The notes under the pieces are model-generated. The model did no database searches, had not been told where the DNA came from, and saw nothing but the letters and a program-made list of their open reading frames with translations. Shown piece by piece: positions 50,026 to 58,361 of a stretch of 64,000 nt of DNA (its first letter is position 1; every line of letters begins with the position of its first letter). The translations under genes were made by a program, and so were the position numbers. The stretch lies in contig JAJRWI010000003.1 in assembly GCA_024276825.1 (NCBI GenBank), positions 27,323 to 91,322 of the forward strand, written 5' to 3'. This DNA comes from an archaeon (GTDB taxonomy: Archaea; Asgardarchaeota; Thorarchaeia; Thorarchaeales; Thorarchaeaceae).

Positions 50026-51033
50026 ATGGCACATAGAAAGAAGAACGCACCAAGACGTGGCAGTCTGGCATATTTGCCACGAGGTCGTGCATCAAAGTTT
50101 GTTCCCCGCATTAAAAACTGGCCTGTGTGGAAAGACTCGGCTGCAAAGCTACTTGGCTTTCCTGGATATAAAGCAGGAATGACTCATGCTGTGATGACTA
50201 TTAATCATCCAAATAGCCCATTCAAGGGACAGGAAACAGTGATTCCGGTCACTGTGCTTGATACACCCCCAATCCGTCCCTTCAGTATCAGGGGCTATAA
50301 GACAACTCCATATGGACTCAAGCTGGTGACAGAGGTCCTTGCTGACAATCTGTCAGATGATCTTAGAAGAGCCATGCCATTGCCAAAGGAGTATGATCAT
50401 GAGTCAAATATGGCCGAGTTTGAGTCCATGATTGACTCGCTTGCCGAGATTCGAATGCTTATTCACACACAGCCCAGACTTGCGGGGATACCATCAAAGA
50501 AGCCCCATATCATGGAGTATCCGATAGGAGCTCCTGATGTAAAGGCCGCATTTGAGTATGGAAAGAGTATCTTAGGCGGAGACCTACGTGTTGCTGATGT
50601 CTTCAATGAGGGTGTTCTAGTAGACACCATTGCAGTGACAAAGGGTCATGGATTTCAGGGTCCTGTACGACGCTGGGGAATTAGAATCCTTCAGCACAAG
50701 TCAAGAAAGACCAAGCGAGGCGTTGGTTGTATAGGTCCTTGGACGCCGACAAACATCAGATATACTGTGCCACGACCAGGTCAAACAGGATATCACACTC
50801 GTACAGAGTTTAACAAAGAGGTCCTTAGACTTGGGGAACGTGGTGAGGAAATCCCACCCGCAGGTGGGTTTGTGAACTATGGTGTCATCCGTGGTGACTA
50901 CATGATAATCTGGGGTACTGTTCCGGGCCCGGTCAAGAGACCAATCAGGCTGAGATATGCCATCCGCCCGAAGAAGTCTCACCGTGGTGAGGTGACTCAG
51001 GTGAGCTACATCAGTACCGCATCAAAGCAATAG
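50026..51033 (+). CDS. rpl3: Ribosomal protein uL3
   Basis: PRRGSL, GYKAGMTH, TKGHGFQGPV. Confidence 0.97.
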   Translation: MAHRKKNAPRRGSLAYLPRGRASKFVPRIKNWPVWKDSAAKLLGFPGYKAGMTHAVMTINHPNSPFKGQETVIPVTVLDTPPIRPFSIRGYKTTPYGLKLVTEVLADNLSDDLRRAMPLPKEYDHESNMAEFESMIDSLAEIRMLIHTQPRLAGIPSKKPHIMEYPIGAPDVKAAFEYGKSILGGDLRVADVFNEGVLVDTIAVTKGHGFQGPVRRWGIRILQHKSRKTKRGVGCIGPWTPTNIRYTVPRPGQTGYHTRTEFNKEVLRLGERGEEIPPAGGFVNYGVIRGDYMIIWGTVPGPVKRPIRLRYAIRPKKSHRGEVTQVSYISTASKQ

Positions 51034-51046
51034 GAGGGTGTAGATT

Positions 51047-51835
51047 ATGGCAAGCGTGAAGACATATTCATTGAAGGGCAAGCCAGGTTCCAAGGTTAAC
51101 CTTCCAGTCCATTTCGAAACCCCATTCCGCCCAGATGTTATCCGTAGGGCTGTCTTGGCAGTCCAGTCCAGACGTAGACAACCACATGGTGTTGATGAAC
51201 GTGCTGGCAAGAAAACGACTGCAGAGAGTTGGCAGACTGGTCATGGAAGATCAAGGGTCCCTCGTGTAAAGGGAGGTGGAACTGATGCAGCTAACAAGGG
51301 TGCATTTGCGCCAGGCACAGTTGGTGGAAGAGTAGCACATCCTCCAAAGGCTGAGAGAGTTCTTGTTGAGAGAGTCAACAAGAAAGAGAATCGACTCGCT
51401 ATCAGGTCTGCAATCGCTGCTACTGGCAACAAGGACATTGTCAGTGGTCGGGGACACAGAGTTGATGCTGTTCCCGAGCTACCACTGGTTGTTGATGATA
51501 AGCTTGAAACTGTAATCACAACCAAGGAGTTTCGAGAGATTGTTTCGGCTCTTGGTCTTGAGGATGACCTCATGCGTGCTGTTAAGGGACGCAAGGTCAG
51601 AGCTGGCAAGGGCAAGATGCGAGGTCGTAAGATGAAGACACCCAAGTCCTTCCTAATAGTTGTTGGAGAGGACAGAGGGATAGGTCTGGCAGCACGAAAT
51701 CTACCAGGCGTGGATGTTGTAGAGGTTCATGCTCTCAATGCTGAGCTTCTGGCGCCAGGAACGCATCCGGGACGCCTTGTTCTATGGACAAAGTCTGCCA
51801 TAGACCGCCTTGAGAGAGAGGCCCTGTTCTTGTGA
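51047..51835 (+). CDS. rpl4: Ribosomal protein uL4
   Basis: RPDVI, AESW, LLAPGTHPGRL. Confidence 0.97.
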   Translation: MASVKTYSLKGKPGSKVNLPVHFETPFRPDVIRRAVLAVQSRRRQPHGVDERAGKKTTAESWQTGHGRSRVPRVKGGGTDAANKGAFAPGTVGGRVAHPPKAERVLVERVNKKENRLAIRSAIAATGNKDIVSGRGHRVDAVPELPLVVDDKLETVITTKEFREIVSALGLEDDLMRAVKGRKVRAGKGKMRGRKMKTPKSFLIVVGEDRGIGLAARNLPGVDVVEVHALNAELLAPGTHPGRLVLWTKSAIDRLEREALFL

Positions 51836-51845
51836 GGTGGTTGTG

Positions 51846-52106
51846 ATGGATCCAAATCTTGTAATCATTCGTCCTGTTGTCACAGAAGCAAGTCTTGAAG
51901 CTGTTGACAATGAGAACAAACTTACATTCTTTGTCCACCAGAGGGCTAACAAGAACACGATAAAATGGGCTGTGGAAACACTCTATGATGTTGTCGTAGA
52001 GAAGGTGAACACCTTAATCATGCCAGATGGTAAGAAGAAGGCGTTCGTGCGACTTGCGCCGGAGTACAGCGCTGCTGAGGTCGCAACCCAACTGGGAATA
52101 TTCTAA
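51846..52106 (+). CDS. rpl23: Ribosomal protein uL23
   Basis: PVVTE, KVNTLI, KKAFVRL. Confidence 0.95.
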   Translation: MDPNLVIIRPVVTEASLEAVDNENKLTFFVHQRANKNTIKWAVETLYDVVVEKVNTLIMPDGKKKAFVRLAPEYSAAEVATQLGIF

Positions 52107-52118
52107 GGAGGCGGTACT

Positions 52119-52838
52119 ATGGGTAGACGAGTTCTTGTACAAAGAAAGGGACGCGGAACCACTCAGTGGCGCAGTCCAAGCCACAAGAAGATTGCCCCCG
52201 CAAGACATCCCAAATGGGCTCCTGATAGGACCTATGTTGGACGAATTGTAAATCTAATTCATGAGTCTGGAAGAGGTGCACCACTTGCGGAAGTAAGATA
52301 TGAGGGAGAAGCAAAGTTGCATTATATGATAGCCCCAGAGGGTGCATATGTTGGACAGGTCATAGAGTGTGGTCCTGATGCAGCCTTGGCCAATGGCAAC
52401 ACTCTCATTCTGGAGCATATTCCTGAAGGAACGCCAATCTACAATGTTGAGGGGAGTCCTGGCGACGGGGGCAAGTACGTTCGAGCATCCGGTCTTGCTG
52501 CCACAATAGTTTCGACCGACAAGTCAAAGACCATTGTCAGGTTGCCAAGTGGACGTCAAAAGGAGTTCAGTCCCAGATGTAGAGCGACCATAGGCATAGT
52601 AGCGGGCGGAGGGCGTCCAGAAAAGCCATTCCTGAAGGCAGGAGCAGTCTGGCATCATGTCCGTGGCAAGGCACGCAAGTGGCCTGTCGTTCGTGGTGCT
52701 GCAATGAACGCATGTTCACACCCACACGGCGGTGGTTCACACCAGTCACCTGGCAGACCAACTACTGTCAGCAGACATGCACCTCCAGGCCGCAAAGTGG
52801 GTAACATTGCTGCAAGACGTACTGGACGTAAGAAGTAA
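52119..52838 (+). CDS. rpl2: Ribosomal protein uL2
   Basis: QRKGRG, VRGAAMN..HPHGGG, IAARRTG. Confidence 0.97.
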   Translation: MGRRVLVQRKGRGTTQWRSPSHKKIAPARHPKWAPDRTYVGRIVNLIHESGRGAPLAEVRYEGEAKLHYMIAPEGAYVGQVIECGPDAALANGNTLILEHIPEGTPIYNVEGSPGDGGKYVRASGLAATIVSTDKSKTIVRLPSGRQKEFSPRCRATIGIVAGGGRPEKPFLKAGAVWHHVRGKARKWPVVRGAAMNACSHPHGGGSHQSPGRPTTVSRHAPPGRKVGNIAARRTGRKK

Positions 52839-52844
52839 TCTAAC

Positions 52845-52876
52845 TGAGGGAGATCTTCTCCCTCACTGCTGTTTTT
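52845..52876 (+). terminator. Hairpin plus T tract after rpl2
   Basis: TGAGGGAGA-TCT-TCTCCCTCA then GTTTTT. Confidence 0.6.
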
Positions 52877-53029
52877 CAGTTTAATATCATATGATGTGAT
52901 TCCAATCTTTGCTATCACTAACATCTAAGACATATTTTTAGTTCATATTGTCAGCGATGCAAATCTCTCTTGTTGTATAATACTCACTGTCATATCTCCT
53001 TTGAATACTGTAAATACAGAGGAGATTCA

Positions 53030-53209
53030 ATGCAGCTAATTGCCGTTCACTTGCCCGAGAAGATTGTGAAGGACATTCAACGTCTTGTTGATGTGGGATT
53101 ATATCCGAATCGTTCAGAGGCCATACGCATCGCAATCAGGGATCTTCTCAAGAGAGAGTTATGGGAGCGAGAAGCAAGAGGTCAAGGTCTTACTCTGGTG
53201 GAGGAATGA
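53030..53209 (+). CDS. cdrS: Ribbon-helix-helix cell-division regulator, CdrS-like
   Basis: IAVHLP...LV..GLYPNRSEAIR.AIRDLL; ATGA-coupled to ftsZ. Confidence 0.85.
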   Translation: MQLIAVHLPEKIVKDIQRLVDVGLYPNRSEAIRIAIRDLLKRELWEREARGQGLTLVEE

Positions 53210-54471
53210 ATGTGAGATCGATTATAGATGCAGCTCGTGAACACAATCGTAGTGAGAGAGGCACCACTCAGACACGTGATATGGGACAGGCCCGAATTGT
53301 AGTGGTTGGTTGTGGAGGGGCAGGAAACAACACTATCAAACGTCTGATGACTATAGGAGTACAAGGTGCTGAGTGTATCGCTATCAATACCGACCGTCAG
53401 CATCTGGCGGTGACCACAGCCCATAGAAAGCTGCTCATTGGAGAGAGAATCACAAGAGGACTTGGGGCAGGTGGCTACCCTCATGTTGGTAGAGCAGCTG
53501 CTGAAGAGTCTGCTGAGCAGATTCGGGAGATACTGCGTGATGCGGACTTGGTGTTTATTGCTGCAGGAATGGGTGGCGGCACAGGAACAGGTAGCGCTCC
53601 TGTGGTGGCAGAGATAGCAAAACAAAACGATGCTATTGTTGTGGGTGTTGTTACAATGCCCTTTGAACTTGAACGGAATCGTATGGAGAAGGCAAAGGCG
53701 GGTCTGGCCAGACTACAGGAGAATACAGACACGACTGTTGTTATTGATAATCAGAAGCTCATGGAGTTGGTCCCAGATTTGCCTTTGGAGGAGGCATTCG
53801 GTGTTGCGGATGAGGTACTTGCAGGATTTGTAAAGGGTATCACTGAAACTATCGCACTCCCAAGCCTGATCAATCTGGATTATGCAGATGTCAGATCAAT
53901 AATTTGTAATGGTGGAGTTGCTCTTGTGGGAATTGGAGAGGCATCAGGACCAAATAGGGCAGAGGAAGCAATTAAGAGTGCACTGAACAGTCCTCTCCTC
54001 GAGGTGGAGTGGACAGGTGCCACGGGAGCCCTCATTCATATCACTGGAGGTCCCGACATGTCGCTTGCTGAGGCAAACAATGTGGGAGAACAGGTTTCAA
54101 GTAAAATGAGCGAGGACGCCTCAGTGATTTGGGGTGCTAGAGTGGACCCTCGCCTTAGAGGGGTCTTACGTGTAATGTTGATATTGACCGGCGTTAAGAG
54201 CCCACAGCTATTACCACGGTCAAAAGAAAATCCTAGACCCGATGTGACTCGTGCACGACTGGCAGAGTTGGGAATTCTTGCAACTTATGGAAAGGCGCCA
54301 TTAACAAGGGGAAAGATACCGACTGTTGGAAAGATTCCACCAGTATCTGTAGGAAGTTCGTGGGAAGAAAGGCTCAAACCACCCCGCCCCAGAAAGACCA
54401 CAAATGTACATGAAGAGAACCCTTCCGTTACCAAGGGTCTTGAAGATCTTGGTCTTAGAAGACTATTCTGA
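53206..54471 (+). CDS. ftsZ: Cell division protein FtsZ
   Basis: [24 protein letters not shown]. Confidence 0.96.
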   Translation: MNVRSIIDAAREHNRSERGTTQTRDMGQARIVVVGCGGAGNNTIKRLMTIGVQGAECIAINTDRQHLAVTTAHRKLLIGERITRGLGAGGYPHVGRAAAEESAEQIREILRDADLVFIAAGMGGGTGTGSAPVVAEIAKQNDAIVVGVVTMPFELERNRMEKAKAGLARLQENTDTTVVIDNQKLMELVPDLPLEEAFGVADEVLAGFVKGITETIALPSLINLDYADVRSIICNGGVALVGIGEASGPNRAEEAIKSALNSPLLEVEWTGATGALIHITGGPDMSLAEANNVGEQVSSKMSEDASVIWGARVDPRLRGVLRVMLILTGVKSPQLLPRSKENPRPDVTRARLAELGILATYGKAPLTRGKIPTVGKIPPVSVGSSWEERLKPPRPRKTTNVHEENPSVTKGLEDLGLRRLF

Positions 54472-54577
54472 TGCAGGCGATAGGCGTCAGATAGGTGAGT
54501 CTGATGCGATTGGATGGAAGATTGGCCTAGTATTGACTATTACGTCGACTGAAACTCTCAATCTGCTCGTTCGGCAT

Positions 54578-55021
54578 CTAGTCGAGATCATCACCAAGAC
54601 CATGTTCTTGCATCCAAGGCTCTGCAATCTGCAGAACACGATCATATAGAGGACCACTGCCCTCAACGCCCTGAGGTGTTATGCGCACCTTGTTCATGAC
54701 AACAATTATCTTGCTATCTTTGTAGTAGACCACACCACCAGGGGGAAACACCTTTTCGAGTTCACGAACAAGACCTTCTAGGGTAATCTCCTCTTCCGCA
54801 ACAGAGAATGAAACAATTCCATTCCCATAGATGAATAATTTTGGAATGTTACCCTCATCCTCGGATGTGACTTCTGTAAGGACTATGCTAAGTGTGTTTT
54901 GATCAATGCCCTTCAGTACGCCTGTGTAAGTCTTGCCCATTGTTGTAGTGACTGTGATGGTCGCTCCAACAACTGATGCAAGCTCTCTATTGAAAGCTCT
55001 TAGAGCTGCAACTTCTGACAC
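54578..55021 (-). CDS. Sm-like protein with C-terminal extension (SmAP3 type)
   Basis: Sm fold (GKTYTGVLKGID...FIYGN) plus VRIT..GVEGSGP domain. Confidence 0.85.
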   Translation of the reverse strand: MSEVAALRAFNRELASVVGATITVTTTMGKTYTGVLKGIDQNTLSIVLTEVTSEDEGNIPKLFIYGNGIVSFSVAEEEITLEGLVRELEKVFPPGGVVYYKDSKIIVVMNKVRITPQGVEGSGPLYDRVLQIAEPWMQEHGLGDDLD

Positions 55022-55184
55022 CTAATATCACCTTAATGGAGTTGTTCAAAAAAGGTTCTATGTCATCCTGTTTTAAAACTGCTGTTGCTGACAGTGGTCT
55101 GTCCAACAAGGTAAATCTTGCTATTGCCAGACGGAATATATTATTAGCGTCAAAATAGGAGCGAGATTGGAAGTGGTCTAATCA

Positions 55185-56021
55185 TTGACAGTCACCCAAC
55201 CACACTTTTCAATCAACTATTTGCGAAGAGAGGCCTTGCCCAGCCCATTCTGCCCGGGATGTGGCAATGGAATAATCACCAATGCGTTTCTCAGAGCAGT
55301 TAGAGAGCTTGGTCATTATAGTCTGGAGGGGTTTGCCTTTGTGTCAGGAATCGGATGCGGTGCATGGATCCCATCACCTCATTTCAACGCAGACACATTG
55401 CATACAACGCATGGCAGGGCAATTGCTTTTGCAACTGGTTTAAAACTTGCAAGACCAGAGTTGAAGGTGGTTGTAATCTCGGGTGATGGTGACCTTGCAG
55501 GTATTGGTGGCAATCATCTTATTCATGCAGCCCGCAGAAATGTAGACATGACTGTAATATGCAGCAATAATTACAATTATGCGATGACGGGGGGGCAGGT
55601 CAGTCCAACAACGTTCACCAGAGACACAACATCAACCTCACCCTATGGAAATCCCGAACGTCCATTTGATCTTGCAAGACTCGTCGCAGCTGCTGGAGCC
55701 AACTATGTTGCGCGGTGGACTACAGCCCATCCGATTCAGGCATCTCGGGCTATGAAGACTGCACTGACAAGGCGCGGATTCACATTTATTGAGATGCTGA
55801 GCCAGTGCCCAACCGCATATGGACGCAGAGCCAAAGTTGGAGATGCAAGAGCATTCATTGATTGGTTCAAGAAACTACCAGTGAGAAAGAAGGATGATCC
55901 AGTGGGGCATCATGTTCCAACCCATGATACAATGGACCTTGGCGTCTTCGTCGACAGGGACGAACCAGGGCTCTTGGAGCAGATAGACATGATTGTCAGA
56001 AGAGGGGGGGATCATAATTAG
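55185..56021 (+). CDS. korB: 2-oxoacid:ferredoxin oxidoreductase beta subunit
   Basis: FCPGCG, SGIGC, HGRA, GDGD, MTGGQ. Confidence 0.88.
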   Translation: MTVTQPHFSINYLRREALPSPFCPGCGNGIITNAFLRAVRELGHYSLEGFAFVSGIGCGAWIPSPHFNADTLHTTHGRAIAFATGLKLARPELKVVVISGDGDLAGIGGNHLIHAARRNVDMTVICSNNYNYAMTGGQVSPTTFTRDTTSTSPYGNPERPFDLARLVAAAGANYVARWTTAHPIQASRAMKTALTRRGFTFIEMLSQCPTAYGRRAKVGDARAFIDWFKKLPVRKKDDPVGHHVPTHDTMDLGVFVDRDEPGLLEQIDMIVRRGGDHN

Positions 56022-56544
56022 AAAGGAGATCAGGATTGCTGGCACTGGAGGTATGGGAGCTGTCCTTGCAGGAGTAATTCTGGGTCATGCTGCAGTTGTA
56101 TATGGTGGACTGAATGCAGTTCAGAGTCAGAGTTATGGTTCTGAGGCCAGAGGAACAGCAGCCAAGAGCGAGGTCATCATCAGTGACTCAAGTATCAATT
56201 ATCCTAAGGTCAGAAAGTCGGACATCCTTGTTGCAATGAGCAAGAGTGCTTTTGATGCATATATCAATGACTCAAAGCCGAGAAGCATTATAATACTGGA
56301 CCCAGACCTTGTCCATCATGATGACAATTTGGAAGACTATAACGTGATTGGGATACCGGCCATGCGAGTTGCTGATGACTTGGGAGTGAGATTGGTTTCG
56401 AATATGATCATGTTGGGAGCACTAGTGAAGAACCTGAACTTGTTCCCCCTAGAAGCACTCGAGAAAGCATTGGAGGACATTGTTTCACAAAAGCACTTGG
56501 AGATTGACATCAAAGCACTTCGAAAGGGGGCCAGTCTTGTCTAG
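55993..56544 (+). CDS. korC: 2-oxoacid:ferredoxin oxidoreductase gamma subunit
   Basis: IAGTGGMG, QSYGSEARG, NMIMLGA; true start uncertain. Confidence 0.85.
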   Translation: MSEEGGIIIRKEIRIAGTGGMGAVLAGVILGHAAVVYGGLNAVQSQSYGSEARGTAAKSEVIISDSSINYPKVRKSDILVAMSKSAFDAYINDSKPRSIIILDPDLVHHDDNLEDYNVIGIPAMRVADDLGVRLVSNMIMLGALVKNLNLFPLEALEKALEDIVSQKHLEIDIKALRKGASLV

Positions 56545-56846
56545 CCGCCATGAATGAGTGGTAGAATAGTCACAACATCACCGTCCTTCAGTCTTGTATC
56601 AAGGTTACCTGTGAGACCAACATCTACATCGTTCACCATGACAAGACATTCTTGAATGATCTGTTCGGGGGTCTTCCATGTTTCACGCACGACAGGGTTT
56701 TTCTTTAACACTGATTTGAAACATTCGAATAGTGATAAAGAGTTGCCAAAGCTGACAGTGATGGGCCCCTTTGATTTTATTGCAAGAGGGCCACGAATAT
56801 GGACGGACACTTGCATATTCATCGGGTTAGTGTTTAGGACTCCCAT
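56541..56846 (-). CDS. Ubiquitin-like MoaD/ThiS/SAMP protein
   Basis: VMVND, LKDGDVVTILPLIHGG with C-terminal GG. Confidence 0.85.
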   Translation of the reverse strand: MGVLNTNPMNMQVSVHIRGPLAIKSKGPITVSFGNSLSLFECFKSVLKKNPVVRETWKTPEQIIQECLVMVNDVDVGLTGNLDTRLKDGDVVTILPLIHGG

Positions 56847-56864
56847 GATAAAAGCTGTGAAATG

Positions 56865-57824
56865 TCATAATTCAAGTGACTTCATCAATATGTCAGGATT
56901 CAGGTTTCCAGCCCTATACGTTTTTTGAGTGATTATGTCATTTAATGTGACCTCAGCGGGACTGAGTAACAGAGGATCAATATTGGAAAAATCAAACTCG
57001 ACTGACTTGAAGAGGTCATAGAATGTCCTACCGTATTGATCTGAAGATGATGAGGGGATCTTTCCAACAAGTGATGAGAGATTATCATTCTCATTTGAGA
57101 GAAGGAAGTAGTATGCGCGTCCACCATAAATGATACAGTCATTTGTTATCCCGATGGCATGCATGTTGTCCTTGGCCACGGGTGCTACAGGAGCTGTGCC
57201 ATGGGCGGTCTTGACTTTAGATATATCAAACCCCAGTTTCCACATCTTATGAATGCCTAGTTCGATAATTCTTGCAGACATCTGAACTGAACCAGCAACA
57301 CTTGCAGTTGGGACAATTATTGCATACAGATCAGAGGGCAAAATTCCGCATTTTTTGGAGATATAATCAGTCACTTCTTCTGAGGGCAGCTGGCGGGTTT
57401 CAAGAATGATGACTCCTTTCTGGGAGTTGTCCCTATATCCAATCTCTTGGAAGATTATTTCATGAGCATAAAGAGACCGTGCAGGACCAGAGCCCATTGC
57501 AAAAAAGTCATTTACTCGTATCTGCCAGCCAGCGTGCTGGGAGCCAAGTGTGGCTATTTTTGGTTCGTTTGTAGAAACTATCACTCCTCGAATGGTCAGG
57601 TGCCCAATATGCATGGTGACTGGCCTGACTGCCCCTAGACCCCCAAGACTGGCCTCAGCAATCAACAGAGCCAGTTTCTCAGACCCACTGACATTGACTC
57701 CAGCATCAATGATTGTGGCTCCATTCTTCTGCTCCAGTATCTCGCAACCCAGACTTTCAGGCTTGTCCAAAATCTGAGATGTTAATTCAAGGGCATTCTT
57801 ATTGATACTGATGCTGCTTGACAA
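56865..57824 (-). CDS. mch: Methenyl-H4MPT cyclohydrolase
   Basis: IIDAG, SQHAGW, MGSGPAR, PTASVAGSVQ, NDCIIYGG. Confidence 0.92.
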   Translation of the reverse strand: MSSSISINKNALELTSQILDKPESLGCEILEQKNGATIIDAGVNVSGSEKLALLIAEASLGGLGAVRPVTMHIGHLTIRGVIVSTNEPKIATLGSQHAGWQIRVNDFFAMGSGPARSLYAHEIIFQEIGYRDNSQKGVIILETRQLPSEEVTDYISKKCGILPSDLYAIIVPTASVAGSVQMSARIIELGIHKMWKLGFDISKVKTAHGTAPVAPVAKDNMHAIGITNDCIIYGGRAYYFLLSNENDNLSSLVGKIPSSSSDQYGRTFYDLFKSVEFDFSNIDPLLLSPAEVTLNDIITQKTYRAGNLNPDILMKSLEL

Positions 57825-57953
57825 TCATTTCACCTCATTCAGTCACTCGTTGAAACTCGTTAGTTCTATGAAGGTTGTTGTTTTCCACAATAGCATCAAT
57901 GTCCACACTTCGAAAACTTTATCTCCAATATATCATGCCTTCCAGCCAATCAG

Positions 57954-58031
57954 GCCCCAGTAGCTCAGCCCGGTTAGATCGCCTCCTTGGTAAGGAGGAA
58001 GTCGCGGGTTCGAATCCCGCCTGGGGCTCCA
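57954..58031 (+). tRNA. trnT: tRNA-Thr(GGT)
   Basis: GCCCCAG/CTGGGGC acceptor, CCTCC-TTGGTAA-GGAGG anticodon arm, CCA. Confidence 0.92.
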
Positions 58032-58037
58032 TCATCT

Positions 58038-58268
58038 TCATTTTGGTTCAGAGTCAGCTAGTCGTTTATGGAGCCGTCTGTCAGTGACCATTATCTTGGC
58101 GCGTCGAAACCCAACTAGTTGTACAAGACGTTCGAAGTTGCCAGGCTCGTCGATACCGTCCAGCAGTCTGTCAATCTCCTTCTGGATCGCAGGAGATAGG
58201 TCTTTTGCAAGCTTTTTTGCCCGCTCTTTTCTGGAAAGCTCGAAGTCATCTGGGCCTAGAAGGCTCAT
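58038..58268 (-). CDS. Small hypothetical protein
   Basis: ORF with GGTGA RBS and protein-like composition. Confidence 0.55.
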   Translation of the reverse strand: MSLLGPDDFELSRKERAKKLAKDLSPAIQKEIDRLLDGIDEPGNFERLVQLVGFRRAKIMVTDRRLHKRLADSEPK

Positions 58269-58361
58269 ATTAATCACCTAGAGGAAAACGGTAAGATTCA
58301 CACATACTAATTCTCGCAATACACTTTAACTCCTTTGTTAATGTCGTAATAGGAGTGAACA

